From an uncultured Candidatus Saccharibacteria bacterium (GTDB lineage: Bacteria > Patescibacteriota > WWE3 > UBA101185 > UBA10185): DNA of 64,000 nt. A program made the translations under genes and the position numbers. Every line of letters begins with the position of its first letter. The stretch's first letter is position 1. The notes below the pieces were generated by a model that saw nothing but the letters and a program-made list of their open reading frames with translations, was not told the DNA's origin and ran no database searches. This document shows positions 25,422 through 35,086 of the stretch, piece after piece. The stretch is from positions 4,631 to 68,630 of the forward strand of contig CAZBAJ010000005.1 of the NCBI GenBank assembly GCA_964490125.1, in the 5' to 3' direction.

Positions 25422-27701
25422 TTATGGTTTTACTGGCTCTACCGGTGCTATAGGTTCGGCTTCACCCGGTTTGGTCAACGGTTCTTGGGGAAGGGGAGCC
25501 ACTTCGGTTGGTTTTCCAGCCCCTTCTATACTTTCCACACTCGGCTTGGTTGCGGTTTGCGCCCCGGCAACTTGAGCAAGCTCCTTATCCACGGTTTCTA
25601 TGTCGCTCAACACTAATTTATAATCCGCACCATCTTTTTCCACCAAAGTCTGTACAATTTCCAGCTCCGCTTTAGCGTCACTGTAAGCTTTAAGTTTATA
25701 CAGCGCGTTGGCAAGATTATATCTGGCGTTTGCATAGTCGCCCTTTAAATTAACCGCCTGTTTAAACAGATTGCCTGCGGAAAGATAATCTTCCTTTGCG
25801 TAGTAAATACCGCCAAGCTCTACCCGCAAAACAGGGTTAGTGGGATCCAGCTGGATAGCTGTGTTGTAAGCTTGGACGGCAAATTGGTCGGCATCCTTGG
25901 CAATAGGAATTAAAAACTTGTAGATTTGCGCCCGAGCAGTCCAGTTGGCAGAATCTAACGGGTTTAAATTCTCCGTGGCAAATCTTATGTTTCTAAGAGC
26001 TTGTGCCAGCAAGTTTTGCGCGGTGGTTTTTTCCTGGTCGGTTAAGTTTTCTTTGGTCGACAAGGATTGGGCAAGCACCAAGTTAGTGTTGGTGTACAGC
26101 CTGTGATATTGCGACCGATTTGGATTAACGGCAATAGCCTTTACTTGGTAGTCGTACGCACTGCTAACATTTTGGTTATTTGCGGCAACAACTGCTTTGC
26201 GAATATATACTTCTGGGGCGTATTGTAAATAACCTTGATATACGCCAAACACTGTCAGAGCCACAATAGGCAAAGCAATAATGTATTGCAAAACTTCTTT
26301 CTTATAAAGGATTCGGCTTTCTACTAAAATACTTTGCTCTTGACTTTGAACCTCCGAACCCAAAGAAATGGTTGTAAGTTTTGCCCACGCTTTGTTAGTG
26401 TTTAGCGTGGCTTCTGCCGTAAGTAGGGCAAGGAGTATAAAGGTTATAGCTACAGCTAAAAAGCTAGTATAGGTTAATAGCATGGCAGAAAGAGATACTA
26501 TAAGTCCGCCGGCAAGCACTACAGAAAGTCCTTTATATGCGTCTTTCACCTTTGTCGTTCTAATTACCAATTTTATGACAACGGCTACAAACATTGCGTA
26601 AACTGCCAGTCCAAAAATCCCCATGGTAGAAAGAATGTTAAAAGCCTCGTTTGCCGGTTTGTCAAAGTTTACATTCCAGGTTGGCGTGGCATTTTGACTT
26701 AATGTCTTGTACCTAGGGTAATTTAGGTAAAAAGTGCTTACACCGGAGCCAAAAATAGGAAAGTCTCTAATGGTTGTTGACGACACGATCCAAGATTCTT
26801 TAATGGACGGTAATACTTCCCGCGGGTAATCGCGCTTAAGTAGGCTACTTGTTTGAGGGACGACAAAATACAACGCGACAAAAGCTATTACCGCGCCTAG
26901 GGTTGGGAGAATGTATATTTTGTTTTTTGCCAGAGTCTCTGCGGACGACATAGCTAGACCAAGTGCCACCACTGCTAAAGCAACAAGAGCAAAAATCGCT
27001 CCGCCAAAGACTGCGACTGCCATAAAGTCAACCAAAAACGCCACTACAAACGCCAGTTTCTTTATAGTCGTCCTAATATTTACTGCTAACAGGGCGCAAA
27101 GGACGGAGCCTATTAACGCCGTTACTGCTAATGTACTGCTGGTGCCGGTAAGCAAGAAGCCTTTTTGGTTAAACAGATTCATAAATGGAATAGTTAGCCC
27201 CGCGTAATTAATAAGACCTAAGAACGAGGGGATAGCTGTGGCACCTGCCAAACCGTATAAAATGGTGCGGATTTTTTTGGTTGAGTCGACATTTGTAGAA
27301 ACCGCATAATAAAAGAAGTACAGCGTTACAAAGCCAAACAGACTAGGAAACCATCTACCGTAGGAACCAAAAAGACTGGCGGTTTTGTCCAGGGAAGTTA
27401 AAGTCGACAAAATAAAACCTACCAAAAGCAGAAGTAATGGAAAGTCTATAGGAGATTTGGCAAAATACACCTTTTTCTCCACCAGCATTTTTGCACACCA
27501 TGTTAATGCAAGTACCGCCGTTATCAGCGCAAAGAAATACAGTTTGTTAAACTCAAAGTACTCGTTAGTTACAGTGAGAAAAAAAACAGGGAGTAAAAAA
27601 GCCACCCCTAAAATTAACCCGAATATTAAATTGTTAAGTGTCTTTTGGACAGTAGTATTTTTCATGACTTTAACAATTACATGTTTACTATAACTTGTCA
27701 A
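25422..27701 (-). CDS. Wzy_C-family (O-antigen ligase-like) polytopic membrane protein with TPR repeats and Pro-rich C-terminal tail
   Basis: About 12 TM helices. C-terminal TPR-like repeats (YAKEDYLSAGNLFKQAVNLKGDYANARYNLANALYKL). PEPxxP tail. Paralogous architecture to 13489-15336. An alternative start is M13 at 27665. Confidence 0.55.
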   Translation of the reverse strand: MTSYSKHVIVKVMKNTTVQKTLNNLIFGLILGVAFLLPVFFLTVTNEYFEFNKLYFFALITAVLALTWCAKMLVEKKVYFAKSPIDFPLLLLLVGFILSTLTSLDKTASLFGSYGRWFPSLFGFVTLYFFYYAVSTNVDSTKKIRTILYGLAGATAIPSFLGLINYAGLTIPFMNLFNQKGFLLTGTSSTLAVTALIGSVLCALLAVNIRTTIKKLAFVVAFLVDFMAVAVFGGAIFALVALAVVALGLAMSSAETLAKNKIYILPTLGAVIAFVALYFVVPQTSSLLKRDYPREVLPSIKESWIVSSTTIRDFPIFGSGVSTFYLNYPRYKTLSQNATPTWNVNFDKPANEAFNILSTMGIFGLAVYAMFVAVVIKLVIRTTKVKDAYKGLSVVLAGGLIVSLSAMLLTYTSFLAVAITFILLALLTAEATLNTNKAWAKLTTISLGSEVQSQEQSILVESRILYKKEVLQYIIALPIVALTVFGVYQGYLQYAPEVYIRKAVVAANNQNVSSAYDYQVKAIAVNPNRSQYHRLYTNTNLVLAQSLSTKENLTDQEKTTAQNLLAQALRNIRFATENLNPLDSANWTARAQIYKFLIPIAKDADQFAVQAYNTAIQLDPTNPVLRVELGGIYYAKEDYLSAGNLFKQAVNLKGDYANARYNLANALYKLKAYSDAKAELEIVQTLVEKDGADYKLVLSDIETVDKELAQVAGAQTATKPSVESIEGAGKPTEVAPLPQEPLTKPGEAEPIAPVEPVKP

Positions 27702-27759
27702 GAGGTAATTTTCCCGTTACGGGAGCAGACAATAAATCTTGTAATGACGGGATTAAGCG

Positions 27760-28449
27760 TTAATTGGAGATCCACCAGCTAACTTCAGCGTCGGTGGCGG
27801 TTGGGGCATCTAGTTCCAAGTAAAAACCTTCAAAAGGAATTTTTTGGGAGATCCAATATCTGGTAGCCGGTGAAAAGTCAGAGCTAAAAGTTGCGTTAAT
27901 TTTTGAGTCCAGTTTTACTTGGGAGCTTTTTATATACACCTTCTTTTGGTTTTTTAAAATGTAAGTAGTCCCACTGTCCAAAATAAACTTTTTGTCTAAT
28001 TCCAAAGTTCTTTTAATTAGGTCATTTTTGGACTTGCCTATGGGCAAAAAGCCAAAACCCGCAAGAATTACCAGACCAAAAAGAGCCAAAAGCGCAAATT
28101 TAACAGTTTTGGTCGACGGTGTTAAGATCCTTGCCACCTTTATTGTTGAGGCATAGGTTTTTTGATTTTGACTATTTTGATTTATGGTAGAAAGTGACTT
28201 TAGTTTTTGACCGATTTCCTCATTAGAAAGTCCCAAAGCTTTTAATTTTTCTATTTCCAACAGGGTATCCAGCGCGTGTTTTGGATAGTGACCTATAACC
28301 TCGCCATTTATAGTTCTTCTGACCATGTGGGGGAGCAGTCCCAATTTGGTGTAGTAGCGCAACCTATTATAAGGGTCGCCCTTGCCAAACTTAACACCGT
28401 TTTTTACGGCAAGCTCTATTAAAGTGTCCAGCGCTAGTAAGTCGTCCAT
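27760..28449 (-). CDS. hypothetical membrane-anchored protein with N-terminal HTH-like domain
   Basis: The N-terminal 80 aa are helical with a putative HTH (YNRLRYYTKLGLLP). Single TM (ALLALFGLVILAGFGFL). C-terminal extracytoplasmic domain. Confidence 0.4.
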   Translation of the reverse strand: MDDLLALDTLIELAVKNGVKFGKGDPYNRLRYYTKLGLLPHMVRRTINGEVIGHYPKHALDTLLEIEKLKALGLSNEEIGQKLKSLSTINQNSQNQKTYASTIKVARILTPSTKTVKFALLALFGLVILAGFGFLPIGKSKNDLIKRTLELDKKFILDSGTTYILKNQKKVYIKSSQVKLDSKINATFSSDFSPATRYWISQKIPFEGFYLELDAPTATDAEVSWWISN

Positions 28450-28468
28450 TTGTCGCCCGTATTATAAC

Positions 28469-28489
28469 AAATTCTATTCAGATTAGAGA
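28469..28489 (+). promoter_or_regulatory. conserved 21-nt motif AAATTCTATTCAGATTAGAGA upstream of dprA (candidate competence-regulon box)
   Basis: The identical 21-mer occurs at 35024-35044 upstream of comEA. In both cases exactly 42 nt separate the motif end and the start codon. Confidence 0.5.
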
Positions 28490-28531
28490 AGACCGTCTTT
28501 ACAAAATATCTGGTCGACGCAAAATGGCACT

Positions 28532-29500
28532 ATGCTCGAACACCAAACTAGCAACGCCAATCAAGTTAGCCGTGAGTATCAGATCAATCGTGAATGTCCA
28601 GTCAACCACGATTATCAAGTCAATAGAATTACTAGACAGCAAGCTGATTACCCAAAGTTACTAAACAAGGCGCCGGACGCGCCGGATCAGTTGTATTTTT
28701 TGGGCGACTTTAAGCCCGCGATTTTTGATAAGGCTTTAGCTGTGGTGGGCAGTAGGGCTATGACGCTGTATGGTGAGTGGGTGGTTTCTAACATTGTTAG
28801 GGATGTTGCCCAGAGTGGGGTGACTATAGTTTCTGGTTTCATGTACGGGATTGACGCGCTTGCCCATAGAGTTGCCTTAGATGCCGGCGGTATTACGGTT
28901 GCCGTAATGGCAGGCGGGGTGGACTATATTTTTCCCAGTCATCAAGAGGACATGTATTGGGAAATTGCCCAAAAGGGGATGGTGATTTCGGAATTTCATA
29001 AGCCCGACTTTGGCGGAAAGTGGATGTTTGCCAGAAGAAACCGTATTGTAGCGGGTTTGTGTCAAGCTACTTTGGTTGTGGAGGCGGGGCAAAAAAGTGG
29101 CTCTCTTATTACGGCGGGCTTTGCTAAAAAGTATGACAGGCAGATACTTACGGTGCCGGCTAATTTAAATGCACCAAACTCGTTTGGGACTACGCAACTG
29201 CTTAAGGATGGGGCAAAAATGGTTACCTGTGCCGACGATATTTTAAAAGTATATTACGATACTCCAAACAATTACCGACATAAATCTATAAGTGCGGTAA
29301 ATAAGCGGTTAAAGTTAGAGGTAGCCGACGAGGATTCCAGGAGGCTTTTAAGATTTCTTAGTAGGGAGGGGCTTACGGTTGATCAATTGGTTCAAAAGTC
29401 ACGCCTTGCAGTAACAGGAGTCTTGAGATGCATTACGGGTTTAAGTTTAGGAGGTCTTATTGAAGAGCGGGGAGGTAGGTATTATGTTGCTAAAAGTTAA
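28532..29500 (+). CDS. dprA: DNA-processing protein DprA (Smf)
   Basis: Rossmann-like DprA core (LYFLGD..., AVVGSRAMTLYGEW..., SGFMYGIDALAHRVALDAGGITVAVMAGGVD). C-terminal wHTH-like region. Confidence 0.8.
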   Translation: MLEHQTSNANQVSREYQINRECPVNHDYQVNRITRQQADYPKLLNKAPDAPDQLYFLGDFKPAIFDKALAVVGSRAMTLYGEWVVSNIVRDVAQSGVTIVSGFMYGIDALAHRVALDAGGITVAVMAGGVDYIFPSHQEDMYWEIAQKGMVISEFHKPDFGGKWMFARRNRIVAGLCQATLVVEAGQKSGSLITAGFAKKYDRQILTVPANLNAPNSFGTTQLLKDGAKMVTCADDILKVYYDTPNNYRHKSISAVNKRLKLEVADEDSRRLLRFLSREGLTVDQLVQKSRLAVTGVLRCITGLSLGGLIEERGGRYYVAKS

Positions 29501-31073
29501 GTCGGCATATTTTTTTGGAATTGACGCGTTTGATGTTGATGTGGAGGTAAATATTTTGGATAGAAGTATGCCGGGTTTTGAAGTGGTTGGATTGGCGGGT
29601 AGGGAAGTGGAGGAAAGCCGTGAGCGGGTAAAAAACGCGCTTCTTAATACTTTTAAGGAATTTCCTTACAATAAAAAGATTTTGGTTAACCTTGCTCCGG
29701 CGGATGTGCCTAAAGAAGGTTCGTATTACGATTTGCCCATTGCCGCCTGTTTGTTGAGCAGTATGCGGGACATTAATTTTCCCAGCGACTCCGCGTTTTT
29801 TGGCGAGCTTTCTTTGGATGGGAGTGTGCGCAAACTTAAGGGCGCGTACTTGTTTGTGTCGTTTGCAAAGGAGCGATGTTTAAAAAATGTGTTCATTCCA
29901 TTAGCTTGTTACCAAGAGGTCAAAAACATAACAGGGGTAAATATTTACCCAATTTCTACTCTTAACGATTTACTGGACTACGAGACCGCCCGACAAAAGT
30001 TTTTTGAGGCTCATGAGAACAAAAGAAATCAAGTCGGTTTGGAAAATCAACAGACAGTCATCCCTATTTATACAGAAATTTCTACCGGCGGTGTAACATT
30101 GTCAACCGACATAATTGACTTTAGTGATGTGGTAGGGCAGGATGCTGCAAAGCGGGCGTTAGAAATAAGCGCGTGCGGTGGCCACAATTTGTTAATGGAG
30201 GGTAGTCCCGGCAGCGGTAAAACCATGTTGGCAAAAGCGCTTTGCGGCATCCTGCCACAACTTAGTCAACAAGAAGAACACGAGGTTGCAAAAATCTACT
30301 CCGCCTGTGGATTATTTGAATCCAAAATTTTCTCCGGAAAATTCCGCCCGTTCAGAAGTCCACATCATACTATTACATATTCTGGCATGGTGGGTGGGGG
30401 AGCGGTGCCGAGACCTGGAGAAATAAGTTTGGCACACAAGGGTGTTCTGTTTTTAGATGAGCTGTCCGAATTTCAGTCCAACATTTTAGAATGTCTTCGT
30501 CAACCAATAGAAGAAGGTTTTATAACCATTGCTCGGAGCAAGGGGAGTGTGACCATGCCGTGCGATTTTACTCTAGTAGCTTGTACCAATCCTTGTCCGT
30601 GTGGTTATTATGGCGACGAAAAAACGCCCTGTACTTGCAAACCCTGGCAAATCTCTCTGTATTCCAAAAAACTATCCGGGCCAATTTTGGACCGAATTGA
30701 CATGCTTACCCGTGTTTCCAGTCCGCATGATGGTAAGTCAGTTAAAACTGCCCGCTTTTTACAAACCCAAACCAAGACCTCCCACATAATAAAAGAGCGG
30801 GTAGAAGAAGTTCGCCAAATTCAGCGCCAAAGATTTTTAGGTCAGACCACATTGCTAAATGCCCGCATGTCAAACAGTCAAGTCAAACAATACTGCGCGA
30901 TAAATTCAACTAGTCATGACTTATTAGACAACGCAATTGAGCGACTTCATTTATCGCCCAGGGGAGTTTTTAAAATTATTAAAGTTGCCAGAACTATTGC
31001 CGACATGGAGAAAAAGGCGCAGATAACGCCCGCGTGCCTTGCCGAGGCGATACAATACAAAACCATGGGCTAA
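29484..31073 (+). CDS. comM: YifB/ComM family Mg-chelatase-like AAA+ ATPase
   Basis: ATG at 29484 follows GGAGGTAGG. Lon-like N-terminal domain. Walker A (MEGSPGSGKTMLAKAL). Zinc-finger-like CPCGYYGDEKTPCTC. C-terminal ChlI-like domain. Confidence 0.85.
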   Translation: MLLKVKSAYFFGIDAFDVDVEVNILDRSMPGFEVVGLAGREVEESRERVKNALLNTFKEFPYNKKILVNLAPADVPKEGSYYDLPIAACLLSSMRDINFPSDSAFFGELSLDGSVRKLKGAYLFVSFAKERCLKNVFIPLACYQEVKNITGVNIYPISTLNDLLDYETARQKFFEAHENKRNQVGLENQQTVIPIYTEISTGGVTLSTDIIDFSDVVGQDAAKRALEISACGGHNLLMEGSPGSGKTMLAKALCGILPQLSQQEEHEVAKIYSACGLFESKIFSGKFRPFRSPHHTITYSGMVGGGAVPRPGEISLAHKGVLFLDELSEFQSNILECLRQPIEEGFITIARSKGSVTMPCDFTLVACTNPCPCGYYGDEKTPCTCKPWQISLYSKKLSGPILDRIDMLTRVSSPHDGKSVKTARFLQTQTKTSHIIKERVEEVRQIQRQRFLGQTTLLNARMSNSQVKQYCAINSTSHDLLDNAIERLHLSPRGVFKIIKVARTIADMEKKAQITPACLAEAIQYKTMG

Positions 31074-31138
31074 GAAATATACCTCGCAAAATAAATACCC
31101 TGCATCCATAATTTCAACCTTTAACTAGGTAAGGGGTA

Positions 31139-31166
31139 TTGACATTATTTTCTAAAGAGGTATTAT
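31139..31166 (+). promoter_or_regulatory. promoter TTGACA-N16-TATTAT directing a leaderless ArsR-family mRNA
   Basis: TTGACA at 31139-31144 and TATTAT at 31161-31166. The ATG of the regulator at 31174 lies about 7 nt downstream of the -10. Confidence 0.45.
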
Positions 31167-31173
31167 GTTTGTC

Positions 31174-31476
31174 ATGAAGTACAATGTAAATATTTCCAAA
31201 GCAATGTCCGACAAAAACAGGCTTAAAATCCTGGAGATGCTTTCTGCTGGGGAGCAAAAAGTTGGAGTTGTGTCCGATAAGCTTGGGGTGGAGGAGAACT
31301 TAGCTTCTCATCACCTTAGAGTTCTTTCCGGGCTTGGCTTTTTAAAAAGCGACAAGCGCGGTAGAGAAGTCTTCTACAAGCTTAACGCAGCAAAGATAGT
31401 ATCAATGCTGGTGGACCTCCAAAAGAATGCTACCTTTAAGGACATTCTCAAGCAGGCCGTTGCTGAAGCGAAATAA
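31174..31476 (+). CDS. ArsR/SmtB-family transcriptional regulator
   Basis: wHTH (LSDKNRLKILEMLSAGEQKVGVVSDKLGVEENLASHHLRVLSGLGFL). Confidence 0.7.
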   Translation: MKYNVNISKAMSDKNRLKILEMLSAGEQKVGVVSDKLGVEENLASHHLRVLSGLGFLKSDKRGREVFYKLNAAKIVSMLVDLQKNATFKDILKQAVAEAK

Positions 31477-31529
31477 CTAGCGATTAAGTTATCCTAGGAT
31501 GATTTAACCGACGAAAATCCCGCCGAAAG

Positions 31530-32060
31530 GTGGGATTTTTGGTAAAATGGCGACAAATGGGGAAAATTGTACCGTTAAGTAAAATCCCGGCGATTGTAAA
31601 AAAGTGCCAAAGCGGGGGGGGGCGTGTTGGCTTAATAACAGGCTGTTTTGATGTTTTGCATATTGGGCATATTAAGCTTTTTAAGTGGGCAAAAAAGCGG
31701 GTTGATTTATTAATAGTAGGACTAGATTCGGACGGCTAGATTAAGTTGTCCAAAGGCGCAGGTCGTCCCGTATTTACTCAAAAAGTACGACTTGAAGTTA
31801 TTTCCGAGCTTTCTTCCGTGGATTATGCTTTTGGGATCCGTGAGATTTTGGATTTTTCCAGCCCATCGTCAAGCAGTTACTACGCTGCGCTTTCCAAGAA
31901 AATCGCCCCCGACTATTTGATTACGCATTTGGCTAAGGACAGATTTACCGATGACAAAATCAAAAGGGCTAGGGATTTAGGTATCAAGGCGTTGATCCAT
32001 AGGGATCGGGCATCGACATCATCGACGGAGATTATTGGGAGAGTAAAACGCCTGTGGTGA
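31530..32060 (+). pseudogene. nucleotidyltransferase (RfaE-domain-II / cytidylyltransferase-like) interrupted by an in-frame TAG at 31737-31739
   Basis: The two track ORFs 31530-31739 and 31746-32060 are in the same frame and contiguous. The HxGH motif (GCFDVLHIGHIKLF) lies in the first fragment. The second fragment continues the expected ...GLDSDG*IKLSKGAGRPVF... alignment of HldE-C/RfaE-II. TAG is used as a genuine stop elsewhere in the window, for example at the end of obg. Confidence 0.55.
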
Positions 32061-32064
32061 CAGA

Positions 32065-32292
32065 TCACCCATCTATGTTTACTTTATCCGTTGGAATACT
32101 GGGGGAGTGGATGGCGAAGAATTTGGTAGGCGCGAGAAATTCACCGGAAATAACATTATTCACATCCACATGGTCCGTTTTGCGTCTATCGCCTTCTGGT
32201 AGAAAAGATCCTACAAACCAACCACGCGTTGCTTCTGCATCCACATACTTTCCATGAAAATATTTATTGTTTCCGACTTTGGTTGTGTCCAT
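32065..32292 (-). CDS. small hypothetical protein (75 aa)
   Basis: ORF downstream of leuS and co-oriented with it. ATG preceded by AAAGG. No recognisable motif. May be spurious. Confidence 0.25.
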   Translation of the reverse strand: MDTTKVGNNKYFHGKYVDAEATRGWFVGSFLPEGDRRKTDHVDVNNVISGEFLAPTKFFAIHSPSIPTDKVNIDG

Positions 32293-32311
32293 ATTATTTT
32301 AACCTTTCCAG

Positions 32312-34798
32312 CTAAATACTTATACTCACGATTTTACCAGGCACAAAAACAAATTTCTTTATTTCTCCTTGTAGGTGTTTGGCGATTTTCTCGTCCTTAA
32401 GGATTTTTTCCTTTAGGGTTTCTTCTGTGTCTTTTGCATCTGTCACTATTTGTCCTCTAACTCTACCATTTATCATAACTGGAATGGTCGTGGAGGTAGT
32501 TTCATCCTCCGTTTTGTCAAACTCTGGCCATGATTGCCAGTGTACGCTGTTCTTCTTGTCCCATGTAGAAAATCCGTTAATTTCTTGCCACAATTGCTCT
32601 GCCAAAAACGGCATAAATGGGGCAAGTACTTTTATAAAGCCTTTCCAAACCTCTGTGTCAATAGCGTCAACCTTTTTAAGGGCATTTACAAAAATCATAA
32701 TCTCACTAATTGCGGTGTTCATTTTAAGGTTCTCACACATTTCGGTAATATTTTTTACCATTTTGTTGTACGACTTTTTGATAGATGGATCGTCATGCGG
32801 GCGAACTTTGTCCTTAAAGTCATATATTGTCTTAACCAGTCGCCACATAGCTTTAATAGTATTTTCATTCCACGGATAGGTTTCTTCGTATGGTCCTAAA
32901 AAGGCTATGGCAAGTCTGGTGGCATCCGCTCCATAATTGGCGACAAGGTCAGACGGCATGACCACATTACCGTATCTTTTTGACATTTTTTTACCGTCCG
33001 GTCCAAGAAGTAACCCGCCCGTCATCCGCCATTTGTAAGGTTCTGGGGTTGGGACAAGTCCCTGGTCGTACAAAAACCTATGCCAAAAGCGCGAGTAAAG
33101 CAGGTGTACCGTGGTATGTCCACCGTCGCCAAAATATTTGTCAACCGGCAACCAATATTTTAGTTTTTCATAATCCGCAAAAGCGTTATTATTATGTGGG
33201 TCTATATAACGCAAAAAGTACCAGCTGGAGCCTGCCCATGTAGGCATGGTTTGGGTTTCTCGTTTTGCGGGATTGCCTTGCTTGTCTGTGGTATTAACCC
33301 AGTCCGTAAGTTTTGCCAGGGGAGGGGAGCCGTCTTGACCTGGTTTAAAATCTTTGGACGGCGGTAAAACCAACGGAAGTTTTTTTGCTATCTCCTCCGG
33401 ATTTTCCGTTGACGCTATAGCCTCCACACTGCCGTCCTGTTTGTAGACTAGGGGAATAGGTTCGCCCCAGTACCTTTGGCGGGAAAAAATCCAATCACGC
33501 ATTTTGCAGGCTGTGGACTTAGCGCCTTTACCTTCTTTTTCTAATCTGGCGACGGCTTGGTTATAAAACTCTTCCGATTTTATACCGTCGTAGCTTGCGG
33601 AATTTATCATTACGCCGTTTTCTGTGAATAGTTGGTTGGACGACTTATCGTCGGGTTGTACTGGTCTTATGACTTCGATTATCTCAAGGCCGTATTTTTT
33701 GGCGAAATCCATGTCCCTTTCATCGTGCGCTGGAACACCCATGATTGAGCCAGTTGCGTAATCCATCAAAATGTAGTCAGCCACAAAAACGGGGATCTTC
33801 CGCGTGACTTCATCAAAGGGATGCCTAGCATTAAGACCCTCTAGCCTGATTCCGGATTTTTCTTTTTGGGTCTTTCGGTCCATGTCGGAGCGGTCTTTTG
33901 CTTTGTCAACATATAGATTTATTTCATCCTTATTGTTAGAAAGTTGCGCCAGCCTCTTTACCACCGGATGTTCCGGGGCAATGGCCAAAAAAGTTACTCC
34001 AAACAGCGTATCTGGTCTAGTTGTAAAGACTTTAAGTTGGTCAATCTCTGTACCCGATTCGTCGTAAAGTTCAAAAGCAACTTCTGCGCCGTCGCTCTTA
34101 CCTATCCAGTTTCTTTGCGCTGTTTTTATGTAGTCGGGAAAGTCCGTTTCTTCTAGTCCGTCCAGCAATTTTTGGGCATACAGGGGCATTTTTAGCACCC
34201 ACTGTTTGTAAACTTTTCGCTCGACTCTTTTATTGTCGCGTTCCGCCACTTTATAACCGTCTTCACTATTTATTACTTCTTCTTCTGCTAAAATTCCAAG
34301 GCTTTCTGACCACCATACCGAGGTTTCCTTGAATTCTGCCAAGCCGTTTTCGTACAATTTTAAAAAAATCCACTGCGTCCATTTATAATAATCCGGATCG
34401 CAAGTATTTATTTCCCGATTCCAGTCAAAGCTGTAACCCATGTCCTGAAGGGATTTTTTAAAGCTTTGGGAAAGTTCCGCAATTAGATCCTGTGGAGTTT
34501 TGTTTGCTTTTATGGCAAAACCCTCTGTGGGTAGACCAAAAGAGTCCCAGCCCATGGGGTATAAAACATTGTAACCTCGCATTTTAAGATACTTTGCGTA
34601 CATATCCGGCACGGTGTAGCGCATCATGTGACCCGCATGTAGGTAAGGTCCGGAGGGGTAGGGGAGTTCCGCTAAAATATACTTTTTAGGCTTGGGGGAA
34701 AAATCTACTGCCTCGTAAAGATTATCGGCGTACCATTTTTCTTTCCAAGTCGACTCAATTTTTTTATGGTCGTATAAGGTTTTTTTCTCTTGCGACAT
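32312..34798 (-). CDS. leuS: leucyl-tRNA synthetase
   Basis: Class I motifs HAGH (PYPSGPYLHAGHMMRYT) and KMSKR. CP1 editing domain and anticodon-binding C-terminus typical of LeuS. Confidence 0.95.
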   Translation of the reverse strand: MSQEKKTLYDHKKIESTWKEKWYADNLYEAVDFSPKPKKYILAELPYPSGPYLHAGHMMRYTVPDMYAKYLKMRGYNVLYPMGWDSFGLPTEGFAIKANKTPQDLIAELSQSFKKSLQDMGYSFDWNREINTCDPDYYKWTQWIFLKLYENGLAEFKETSVWWSESLGILAEEEVINSEDGYKVAERDNKRVERKVYKQWVLKMPLYAQKLLDGLEETDFPDYIKTAQRNWIGKSDGAEVAFELYDESGTEIDQLKVFTTRPDTLFGVTFLAIAPEHPVVKRLAQLSNNKDEINLYVDKAKDRSDMDRKTQKEKSGIRLEGLNARHPFDEVTRKIPVFVADYILMDYATGSIMGVPAHDERDMDFAKKYGLEIIEVIRPVQPDDKSSNQLFTENGVMINSASYDGIKSEEFYNQAVARLEKEGKGAKSTACKMRDWIFSRQRYWGEPIPLVYKQDGSVEAIASTENPEEIAKKLPLVLPPSKDFKPGQDGSPPLAKLTDWVNTTDKQGNPAKRETQTMPTWAGSSWYFLRYIDPHNNNAFADYEKLKYWLPVDKYFGDGGHTTVHLLYSRFWHRFLYDQGLVPTPEPYKWRMTGGLLLGPDGKKMSKRYGNVVMPSDLVANYGADATRLAIAFLGPYEETYPWNENTIKAMWRLVKTIYDFKDKVRPHDDPSIKKSYNKMVKNITEMCENLKMNTAISEIMIFVNALKKVDAIDTEVWKGFIKVLAPFMPFLAEQLWQEINGFSTWDKKNSVHWQSWPEFDKTEDETTSTTIPVMINGRVRGQIVTDAKDTEETLKEKILKDEKIAKHLQGEIKKFVFVPGKIVSISI

Positions 34799-35023
34799 GG
34801 GAGGATTTTATACTTTTTTGACGATGGGAGCAAGTTGATTCGTGATGTCCTAAGATTTTTTATAGAAGACCGTGGCGGAGATGTTTTGTTTATTACCGCA
34901 GTTGATAGCGCTGTGCGTGTAAAATGCGGTTAATAATGGGGAGAATTAACTCGCTTAAAACGATAGTTTGGATAAGTATCGGTAATAATGCGTTAATCTG
35001 CCAAAATAAGTTGTCGTAACAAT

Positions 35024-35044
35024 AAATTCTATTCAGATTAGAGA
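35024..35044 (+). promoter_or_regulatory. second copy of the 21-nt motif AAATTCTATTCAGATTAGAGA, upstream of comEA
   Basis: Identical to 28469-28489. 42 nt to the comEA ATG. Lies in the leuS/comEA divergent region. Confidence 0.5.
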
Positions 35045-35086
35045 CAACTATCTTGCCAAAAACTAAATCCATGATATTTATAAACC

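Noticed and set aside
32379-34156. Plus-strand ORFs of 70-166 aa inside leuS
   Set aside because: Antisense to a highly confident class I synthetase gene. No independent support.
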